From assembly GCA_951406725.2 (NCBI GenBank), contig OX597823.1, positions 1,798,001 through 1,862,000 of the forward strand: a stretch of DNA of 64,000 nucleotides, read 5' to 3'. Below are positions 53,690 through 64,000 of the stretch, piece by piece; position 1 is the first letter of the stretch; every line of letters starts with the position of its first letter. Position numbers and translations under genes: made by a program. This DNA comes from Octopus vulgaris (Eukaryota). A model generated the notes under the pieces. The model saw only the letters and a list, made by a program, of their open reading frames with translations, was not told the origin of the DNA and ran no database searches.

Positions 53690-55530
53690 CCACTACCCCA
53701 ACTCCTCCACCACCCTTCTCCCCTCCCGATAGGCTCCATCCACCCACACCTAACCCCACTGCCCCTCCCTACAACCCCTTCTCCCCTCCCGTTAGGCTCC
53801 ATCCACCTACACCCTAACCCTACTGCCCCGCCCAACCACCCCCCACACACCTCCCCAATCCCTCCCCCTCAGACCTCCACGAGACCTACCACCCCTCATA
53901 CTTCTATTCCACCCACCCCTTCTCCACTTCCGTCTGTTGTTACCATTCCCCACGATCTTCCCCTCTCTGCGGCTGAACGCTCCGTCCTTGGTAGGGGTCT
54001 GCGTTTCATCCCCCTCACTCCATCCTGTAAGGAATTCCAGACGCGAGTTGATGTCCACAGCTTTGTGCGCCGTGTCCGGTTGGGTGCGCATTACCACGAC
54101 TCGCCACCCACACCCAACGAAGAGGACGACTGCTTCACTGGCCTGGGCCGCCGACCATCCTCGTGGACGCCTGCCCCTGGCCAGATCCTAGCAGTGGATC
54201 TTTTCGCGGGCGCTTGTCAGCGTGCATTGGAGCGGTTCAACTTCTCCAGGCGCCAACGCCGCCTCAACATCTCCCCGGCTGAGCTCTTGGCTCTTCGTTC
54301 CCTCCAACGGCGCGCTGACATTATCATCAAACCGGCTGACAAGGGTGGAGCTGTAGTGGTGTGGCGCGCGGACCTCTATAGGGCCGGGCTTTCCGCCAAC
54401 TCAATGACACCTCCTTCTATTCCCCTCTGCCCTCTAACCCCACACGTAGCTACCAACAGACGGTATCCTCTACTGTCCAAGACCTCATCTCGTCCTCCCG
54501 TCTCCCCCGCACCGCATCCAACCTAATTGTGCGAACCCCACGTACCCCCACCATTTACTTCCTCCCCAAAATCCACAAACCCAACAACCCTGGCCGCCCC
54601 ATCGTCTCCGCCTGTAACTGCCCCACGGAGCTCATCTCTAAATACCTCGACCGTGTCCTTGCCCCCCTAGTGGCATCTCTTCCCTCCCACATCCACGATA
54701 CCAACCATGCTCTCCGGCTTTTCAACTCTTTCTCCTTTCCTCCCGGCTCCTCCAAAATCCTTTTTACTATGGACATCCAAAGCCTCTATACTGTTATCCC
54801 TCACCACGAAGGACTGCAGGCCCTTCGACACTTTCTTGACCTCCGCTCTAACCCTGTACCTGACACCTCCACACTCATTCGTCTGGCCGAACTTGTCCTT
54901 ACTCTGAACTGCTTCTCGTTTGCGGGCGAGTTCTACCATCAGGCCTCGGGAGTGGCCATGGGAACGCGAATGGGCCCCAACTATGCGAACCTGTTCGTTG
55001 GCTATGTTGAGGCCCAAATATTCTCTAATTTCACTGGTCCCACTCCTCGAACTATATGGTCGTTATATTGACGACATTATCGGTGCCACCTCACTCTCCC
55101 GCGAACATCTAGATTCCTTCCTCTCTTTCGTCCAATCTTTCCATCCAGCCCTCCACTTCACTTCCACTATCTCCAACACCTCTGTCTCCTTCCTCGACAT
55201 TTCGGTTAGCATTCTTCACTCCACTCTTACCACCTCCATTCACTACAAACACACAGACTCACACTCATACCTCAACTTCTCTTCCTCCCACCCAGAACAC
55301 ACCAAGCTTTCCATCCCCTATTCCCAATTCCTCCGTCTACGTAGGCTCTGTAGTGACGACCATGACTTTGAGACTCAGTCTCAACGTATGGCTCACCACT
55401 TCACCCTACGTGGATACCCCCTCACCACTATCCACACCGCCCTTGCCAGAGCACGGTCCGTGGACCGTGTATCTGCTCTCTCTCCCCGAACCCGCCCTGT
55501 AGTCTCCCGCTTCCCTTTTCCCCTCTTCTA
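53690..55530 (+). mobile_element. Penelope-like retroelement RT region, two frameshifts, GIY-YIG absent
   Basis: VLGRGLRFIP, IIIKPADKGGAVVVW, YFLPKIHK..PGRPIVS, TMDIQSLYT, GVAMGTRMGP, RYIDD, SFLD, SIPYSQFLRLRRLCS, RGYP. Confidence 0.93.
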
Positions 55531-55599
55531 CTATGCTTCGATCTATACTTTTTTCTGTCAATGCCGAGTTGGTAAGGGGAGTTGATCCCCCATCACTTA

Positions 55600-58500
55600 T
55601 AGAATGTCCCATTGGCCTGCGCAACACCGATCCCCTGACAGTCAAGCCTGTCTCCTTTGCCAAACCAACAGAAGAGTAGGAAAAGCTGAGAATCTGGCGC
55701 CTTCGGATAACCAGTGCTCCGGGTAGGCTGTACTCGTTAGCCTCGGGTGGCAAGCAGCCTAGGCGAAGGACCACTCTGAGTTCGAAACCAGGGGAGCAAG
55801 GACCTTGACGCCTTGGTGGACTACCTTGATAGAGATGGTGTCTCGATAAAAGATACTGCGTAACTGGTACTTAATTTATCGTCCCCGAAAGGATGAAAGG
55901 CAAAGTGGATGGTGATAACGGTGTGAAGGGTACGGGAACCAATGGTGAAGGTTCCACACCCGGCAGGTGCCCCACTGTGCAGCAGGGTGGGCCCGGTCGT
56001 AATCCAGCCACTGCTAGCCATGCTACAAGGCATAAGTAGAGTAAATAAGGAAACATGATAGTTATGGAGTGTTACTACCGGAGCACCCCATTGGATGTTA
56101 ATGGTGTGCCTGTCAGAGGGTACAGAGCAATGGAAGGCAGTGGAACTGTTCGAAATTACTGAAAGGAGATTATGTGACCAAGCAAGAGCGATACGAAAGA
56201 ATGGATGGTTAATAGAACCGGTACTAGAAGCTATTAAAAGAAGGATATCAGGCAATGCTGGGCATGCGAGAAACGAAAGTGGCATAGTAGAAGAGATGGA
56301 CAATTGTTCGTAAGAATATAATACTGGGAACTGTGAAAGGATTGAGACCAGGAGCTACTCAAACAATGAAGATCGATTGATGATAGACAGAATTTTCGAT
56401 CTATTCTTTTTTACTCAAGGCACAAGACCCGAAAATTTGTGGGGAGGGGGCTAGTCGATTAGATCGACCCCAGTACGCAAGTGGTAATTAATTTATCGAC
56501 CCCGAAAGGAAAGAAGGCAAAGTCGACCTCGGCGGAATTTGAACTCAGAACGTAAAGACAGACGAAATACCTATTTCTTTACTACCCACAAGGGGCTAAA
56601 CACAGAGAGGACAAACAAGGACAGACGAAGGGATTAAGTCGATTATATCGACCCCAGTGCGTAACTGGTACTTAATTTATCGTCCCCGAAAGGATGAAAG
56701 GCAAAGTCGACCTCGGCGGAATTTGAACTCAGAACGTAGCGGCAGGCGAAATACCGTTAAGCATTTCGCCCGGCGTGCTAACGTTTCTGCCAGCTCGCAT
56801 CTGGATCTCCACTTCACAGAAGACAGTATCATAAATATGAGTAAAAAATGAGCAATTGGAAAGCAGCAGGACCTGATGATGTACAGGAATTTTGGATAAA
56901 AAAGTTCAGTAGTTGCCGTAAATTGATCGCAGAACAATTTAATTCATTGATCAATGGAGAAACAGAAATCTCCGGGATGGTTGACAAAAGGACGAACGGT
57001 GTTGTGCCTGAAGGGTGCATCAAATTGGTCTGTAGTCGCTGACCAATTTCTTGCCTCCCATTAACGTGGAAGTTTCTATCAGGAGGAATTAAAGAAGAAT
57101 TATATAAATTTCTTGATGAGAACGATATATTACCGCCGGAACAAAAAGGCTGTAGAAGGAGATGCAAAGGTATCCATGATCAATTATTGATAGACAAAAT
57201 GGTAATGCAAGATTGTAAGCGAAGAACAAACCTGGGAATGGTCTGGACTGACTATCACGAAGCTTATGATATGATTCCACATTGGTGGATCATTGAGGGC
57301 CAAGATCTGTTTGGAATTGCGAGGAATGTGACGTGTTTCCTGACGAGAAGTATGGTGGGATGGATGTGTGTTCCCTGCATGACCTTGGTACTTAGAAAAA
57401 TGAACTAGGGGTACCAACTAAAGGGAAAATCCCAAACAATCAACCTCCTCCTTTTCATGGATGATTTGAAACTGTATGGCAAAGATGAGACATAAGGGAG
57501 TTCCTTGGTGAACACGGTCCCTTGTTTTAGTATCGATATTAGAATGGAATCTGGACTCTAGAAGTGCGGAGTAATCTACCTAAAAAGGGGCACGGTACAG
57601 TCCCTAGCAGAGATGGAATTACCGAATAGAGATTTGATTAAACAAATTGAAACGGAAGGATATAATTATCTCGGTGTACTTGAGTGCAACGAGATAATGG
57701 GAAAGGAAATGACAGAGCAACTGAGGATGGAGTATTTCCGAAGACTGAGGTTGGTGTTGTGCTCAAAATTGATTGGATGGAATGAAATCGAAGCAGTTTA
57801 TACGTGGGTGATAGCAACACTTCGGTATGGAGCGGGAATTATAAAATAGCAAAAGAGAGAAATGAAGAAAATAGATACCAAGACTAGAAAAATGCTGTCA
57901 GTACACGGAGCCTTCCACCCTAAGAGTGGCACTAATAGGCTGTATTTGTCCAGGGGAAAGGTCGGGAGAGGTTTGATCACTTGTCAGGACTGTACCGAAG
58001 CAGAGGAAAACAGATTAGGGTGGTATATAAAAGATGCCGTGGAGCCATTGTTGAAACATACGAAGAAAACCAGCGACATCAAAACTGAAAATTGTGTAAT
58101 GAAAAAAAAAAATTTAACCAGAAATGAGCAGAAAAAAAATAAGTATGGAAGGCAAAAAATGGACGGCCAGTTTGCAAGAGATGTGATCGCCAAAACAGAT
58201 AGAGAGGACCGATGGCTATGAATGAGGAGGAGCGACCTGAAGTTAGAGACAGAAGCACTCATATGCGCAGCTCAGGAACAAGCGTTAAGGACCAATTATA
58301 TGAAGTGCAGAATTGACAACACTACCGTTAGTGACAAATGCAGATTGTGTGGTGAGAGGGGTGAAACGGTATGGCACAGCGTTAGCGAGTGCCCGAAATT
58401 GGCACAACTCGAATGCAAAAGACACCATGACAATGTGGCAAGAAGGATCCATTGGGAGATCTGTGAAAATCACGGCCTACAAAGAGCAAAGACATGGTAT

Positions 58501-59040
58501 GAGCAAACTCCAGAAGGAGTCACCGAGACTGAGAATTGCAAAATCCTGTGGGATGTAATGATCCAGTGCGACCACTTGACCAGACATCGGAAACCGGACA
58601 TTATTGTGGCGAATAAAAAAGAAAGAACATGCATGATAATTGACATAGCCTGTCCCAGCGACAACGGGATCAATGAGAAAGAAGAAGAAAAAATAAACAA
58701 CTATGGCGATTTAAAGTGGGAAATACGAAGGTTGTGGACAATGAAGAGAGTAGACGTGACACCAATAGTAATTGGTGCACTTGGAAGTATCAGCACTCAG
58801 CTACCAACATGGCAGAAATGAGTACAAAAAAAAAGCACGGAAGGAAAAAAAATTTACGGCCAAGTATGCAGGTGCAAGTGTGAAGGTAGAACACCTACAA
58901 AAATCAGCATCGCTTGGAACTGCAATAATTCTTTCGCAGGGTTTTTGAAGCCCGACCAGTAAAACAAGTGTCACCTTTGTCTGCTGGCTGTGGACAGCTG
59001 ACTCTTTCCATCATATCCAGCGAAGTAAGCTGTGAGTTTT
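55600..59040 (+). mobile_element. degenerate R4/Dong-type RLE LINE with 5' region and an internal deletion
   Basis: VMECYYRS and RRLCDQARAI N-terminus, NWKAAGPD, PEQKG, FMDDLKL, CRLCGERGETVWHSVSEC, RKPDI, IVIGALG; (AAT)n 3' flank. Confidence 0.9.
56405..56797 (-). mobile_element. two tandem SINE family A copies nested in the LINE
   Basis: Reverse complements of 32458-32688; the two copies carry different 3' tails. Confidence 0.88.
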
Positions 59041-59061
59041 CAACAAATAATAATGATGATG

Positions 59062-59094
<33 letters not shown>

Positions 59095-59100
59095 GTAACA

Positions 59101-61675
59101 CTTTCTTTTAATGACCACAAGGGCTGAACACAAAACAAAAAGGGAGATACAATACAAGGGACAAATGGGGTGTGGAACAATGCCGTGTATGCAATAACCA
59201 TCAAAAAACAATTAACAAAATAATTAAACAATAAAAATTCCCCCAAAAGGAGGGAGTCCCCTTCACAGGGACAGTCGACGAACCCCACACATTCTGGTTA
59301 TCCCGACCGCCAGAGGCACCTCCTACCGGCGCCTCTCTCCTTCTCATGCTCCGCCGATTTACAAACGAAAGGCCAGAGTAGGTCCATTCACAAGGGCCAA
59401 CCTCGCCACATTGACTGAACAAATTTACTAGGGGGGGGGGGGGAAGAACTTCCCTCTCTACTCTCACTTTTCTTTTCAGGTGGAACTTGAAAAAGTCGAT
59501 GAGGGCTTGGCCGAAGAGGAAAGTATTTGTCTTCAGTCCTTCCAATTCCGTTCACTACACTACCTATTTCGCCATGGCCACCAGACAGAAGAAAACTGCC
59601 TTTCCTTCTCGGCCTAAAGAAGGGGCGATCTTCATGATGGACTTGGCTGATAACCGGATTCATCCTACACGTGACAATAGTTGTTCGACAAGGCTCCACA
59701 AATCGGTAATGCACAGACACTGGACAAGTGCATGCAGGACGGTTTCGTCGCCCTGCGCACACCTCGGACAGGTCCGTCTGACAGCACTTCCGTGTCTTAA
59801 AGGTTGTCTCAAGCCGGCAGAGTTCCCTGGAAGCACTGCCAGGCCAGGGATTTCTCGAAGTTACCCATAGACCCCGGCTCGAAAGTCCTCCGGAAAAGAC
59901 CAGTGAGTTGATCCCTCTCGACGCCCAGAGTTTTCCCGAGTACGTCGTCGCTCTTTCCCGCCACTAATCCCTTATAGAACTCCATACTGGTACTTCCATC
60001 GATTGGCAGAAAGTTGTAAGCGCTTGTCAACACTCCAAGGTGCCAAGCGCCCTTTCTTGGTCAACGCTTGATCTACGACTGTAGCTCCGTCAATGAGACG
60101 AGGTGCAGAAAATCTTGCTTCACAAACGGCGACCATACCTGTTTACTGTTAAGAAAGCACTAGAGATGACGCAGTCTCAGTGCGTGTCTGCGCATCATTA
60201 GCCACGGCATGCTCAGCCCTCCACTCAGCGGTTGTTGACAGCAGATGGACCGTCTGACGAGCGGAACACATCCCTTCAACAGAAAACGGAAGAGCAAGCA
60301 TTCCAACTTGATCAACCACGAAGTAGGACAAGGGACGACGGCCAAGCGGTAGTAGATGACGGAAGTGATGTACGCATTCGCCACTTCCCCCCGACCTTTC
60401 AGGGACAGCTTCCTCTCTGCCCATTTCTGAGTGAGATTGGCTGTTTGCCATGTCCGACATTCGTGCACTCGGGAAGTCCAGTTGATCCCTGTCAGCCAAT
60501 TGAAAACGACTGAGCAGGTTTGTGAGGCTTTCGCACCACCACCTTCTCCTATCGGCTAGCCCCATCCTATCCAGGCGTGCATCCAAAATGGCGTTCCAGT
60601 CGCACACTAGAACTAAAGAGTGAGATGTCCTAAGGAAAACCTCCAAACGCCTGAAGAAATTTGGTTTCCTCGTCCCAACTGGGGCATATACAGCGACTAG
60701 TGTGAAAGCACCACCCTAGCTGTTACTCACATCCAGGACCACCATCTTACCTTCCCGAGCCGGGAAAATCTTCCGTACCTCGAAATTCACTTTCCTAAAC
60801 AGTACTGCCACCTCCCACCACCCCATTCCAGGCCGACTAAGAGAGGCGTAGATCTCAAAATCGTCGAAAATGTGGGTCAGATCGCGTGTGTCGGAAATCC
60901 TGGCTTTCTTATCAGCTGTCACATCTACAGATAGTGACCTGGGGCCGTTGAGCAGGCGTCCCTGCTTCCAGTGAGACCCTAGGCCACATACATTTACACA
61001 GCTCACTCTAATCAATTCGATGCCGGTCGGAAAGAGCTCTGAGAAAGAAAAAGAGCGAGGTTACTTACCTTGCCGGTGCTGTTGGCGGTCGGATGGCCTG
61101 GCCTCCGGTTCTGGTTGGAGAACCCCTTTAAAAGTCTTTTAGAGGCTGTTACATTGGGAGTTCCCACGTCGTGTGGGAAGACCTCCTGAATGTTCTTGTA
61201 CGTTGTTTGTGGCACACGCACTAACAACAGCTCTTCTGGCACTTTAAGGGTGCTGGCGTCATGAATTGCTCCCTCTCTCTCTCTCTCTCGATCTCTTTAT
61301 TTCGAGCTATGAGGGCCATGAGATCTTTATTTGCTCTCCTCACTAGCACAAAATTCGGGATCTGAGAATTTGACAGTTCTTCCGAAAGCTTTCTTTTGAG
61401 GTGGGGTTGTGGTGGTGGTGATAGCTTTTGTTCTGTAGGCGATGGCTGAGCTGGAGGCGTTGTTGTCTGTGTGACGGTACTTTTTGTGTTGTCTAATGTT
61501 TGTGTTGGTGTGGATCCGGATGTTAACTGACGAATCCTTATCAAATCATAGCCTGCTGTCATAGCCTTCCACCTCCCACGAACGGAAGAGGATCGCAGGA
61601 GCACAAAGAAAACGTGAACCACACAAGCCCAGAGCCAACTTAAGTCTCAACAGACCATCAGTGCCCAACCAATGT
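59101..61675 (-). mobile_element. L1/Tx1-clade LINE with the RT domain deleted
   Basis: APE start IRVSCVNVCGL, VAVYAP, CDWNAILD; jump to WAERKLSLKGR, GGL; CPRC..DETVLHALVQC knuckle; ORF1 remnants 61012-61620. Confidence 0.88.
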
Positions 61676-62184
61676 TAGTTAAAGCAGTAGTTCCTTCTTT
61701 ACAATAAGAGAGGATGGAAGTAAGCACACACATTACAGAAACTGTCTGTAAGTGGAACAGTAACGATATGCGAGACTTCTCTCAAATTCAACATGTGGCA
61801 TTGTTTTCGTTATCTATATTCCAACGATGGAGTCTTGTATCTTTGTTAGAAACCAGCGCCTTTTTCAGAAGAAGAATTTAAAGGATTAAATACTGAGGAA
61901 ATAACATACTTATAAATAAGCCTTATACAGCCATAAATACGTTGGCTACCTTTGGTTTCATGTAAAAAGAAGATCCTATTCATGGTCCAGGCGTTTCATG
62001 TTGTGAAACATCAGCCATTACACTAGTCATACCTGACTGAAAAAAAAAAACGAATGACCAAATACATGTTGATTCCTTTTTTATCAATTATTGATATTAT
62101 TGATTATACACCAATTGTTACCATTGATTATATAACTGTTGATATTATCGATGCTATTGTATAACCATTGATATTGCTTTACAA

Positions 62185-62545
62185 TTATTCATGTCCACCT
62201 TCCGTGCGCTTGCTTTCCGCCATTTCTCTGCAGAACAATTTCTTGGGGAATCGCGTGTCGGGCATTCGAACAAGATGGCCTGTCCAACCGAGTTGCGATC
62301 TCCTCAGCAATGTGTAGATACTTGGCAGATCAGCTCGAGAAAGGACCTCTGTGTCTGGTACCTTGTCTGGCAAGATGAATTTCGACAGCTTTTTCAGGTA
62401 ATTCATGCAGAAACGACTTAGGCGTACAGCAACGTAAGCAGTAGAACTCTTGGTACTCCTTCAACTTGATGGCCAGCCTAATGCCCCTCCTCTCCCACAC
62501 TGACTTCAAGGACTCGCTCAGCCTTGAGATCAATCTCGACACCGA
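62185..62545 (-). mobile_element. RTE LINE 3' fragment
   Basis: VWERRGIRL, DKVPDTEVLSRA, QLGWTGHLVRMPDTRFPKKLF. Confidence 0.85.
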
Positions 62546-62559
62546 AGAAACGCAAGCAT

Positions 62560-62760
62560 GAGACCGTCCTACCTGACAAAGCAGCACCGACAGAGGCGCC
62601 ACCTCCCACGAACAGAATAGGATCGCAGGAGCACAACGGACTACATAAACCCAGAGCCAACTTAAGTCTCAACAGACCACCAGTGTCCAACCCGTTGCCC
62701 AATGCACCGGGCTGACTGACCACAGCCGGGCACACTCTGATCCCTCTTCTCCCGGGGCAT
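62560..62760 (-). mobile_element. second copy of the Tx1 5' end
   Basis: CCTCCCACGAAC...CCCAGAGCCAACTTAAGTCTCAACAGACC shared with 61572-61670. Confidence 0.7.
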
Positions 62761-63264
62761 GACGTTGGTCATCGTCATCGAACCAATAATAAAACAGTTC
62801 TTCATACTGTTGTGGAACCCTGGATATTTACCAAAATGAGAAACGCAAAGGTTTCTGGTAGTTCAGTTGGTGTCCTTCAATAATATAAGACGAGTGGGAG
62901 ATGATTGCAGGCCACCGCAACCATGACCACCATCACCAACACCACAAGGATATGATACTAATCTGACGAAGAATGTTGTTTGCTTTCATTTCTTAGCAAA
63001 AACCTGTCCTGGTCAGATTTGAACTGTCACAGACTCAGAGGATCATTGCTGCAGCTGGGTCGGATCCTCACCATTCTTAATTTCATTGTGACAACCTTCT
63101 CTACTTAGAAACAACAACAACTGTGATATCGAACACTTCCCACTGCGCAGTGACTCCTCCCCGTCATCTCCCACCCCCACCCCACCCGTCCTCCTCCTCC
63201 TCTTCCCGCTACTGTTTGGCCGATCATTTTTCTGTCATCGATCTCAAGACGAATGAAAAGACCG

Positions 63265-63480
63265 GGTTGAAGTGGGCGGGAATCTAAACAAGCAGCAGGC
63301 TCGTTGTGAGAGGAGGGGAAGGAGAGGAGAGGAGTATTGATTGATTGATTGACTTGGCTAATGACGTCATTGATTGTAATAATGGTGGGTGGGGTAAAAA
63401 GGGGCGGGGCTTCGTGGTATGATTCTTACAGAAAAATGGGTCTGAATGTATGAATGATAAGAACGGTGGGGGCGGAGGGT
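63265..63480. promoter_or_regulatory. promoter-like cluster
   Basis: Palindromic CRE ATGACGTCAT at 63361 and three GGGCGG boxes (63274, 63402, 63470). Confidence 0.4.
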
Positions 63481-63766
63481 AGAGGCGTGTGTTGGGATAA
63501 GAGTGGTTGACAGAAGCGCAGTTATGATGGCCGCGTCTAGGGACGATGGATGCAGAGACGGAGAGTCGCGCTGACAGAGAGGAGGGAGGAATAAAGGAAG
63601 ATAGACTTGCAGTTAGATTGTGTGTGTGTGTGTGTAGGTGTGTAGGTGTGTGTGTAGTGTGTGTATGTGTGTGTGTGTGAGTATGTGTGTGTGTGTGTAG
63701 GTGTGTGTGTGTGTGGTGTGTGTGTGTGTGTGAGTGTGTGTAGGTGTGTGTGTGTGTGTGTAGGTG

Positions 63767-63797
<31 letters not shown>

Positions 63798-63887
63798 TGT
63801 GTGTGTAGGTGTGTGTTGGTGTGTGTATGTGTGTGTGTGAGTGTGTGCGTGTGTGTGTGTGTAGGTGTGTGCGTGTGTGTGTGTGTG

Positions 63888-63925
<38 letters not shown>

Positions 63926-64000
63926 CGTTTATTGGCAATAATTTCCTCTGTAAGTCATGAAACGCTTGTGTTTTTCTGTGAACATCGCCGAGTTCGAACC

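Overview
Eukaryotic, AT-rich, repeat-dominated genomic DNA. The SINE families, LINE mix and microsatellite density resemble an octopus or other coleoid cephalopod genome (inference). No rRNA, true tRNA, CRISPR array or complete host gene is visible, and most listed ORFs are microsatellite artefacts. The window holds a layered set of mobile elements: four R4/Dong-type RLE LINEs next to (TAA)n tracts (one with an intact 639-aa RT-RLE ORF), a near-full RTE LINE, an RT-deleted L1/Tx1, CR1-group fragments, three kinds of Penelope-like remnants, Tc1/mariner and hAT elements, and three tRNA-derived SINE families. The most notable signal is about ten type I hammerhead ribozyme motifs from several unrelated families, most with a palindromic stem III, in short elements mostly next to (TA)n tracts. 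One (44793-45310) is a 470-nt monomer with 48-bp terminal direct repeats, the footprint expected of a circular-RNA retrozyme; others form long inverted repeats. A plausible host exon with a start codon and signal peptide lies on the minus strand at 6748-7101.
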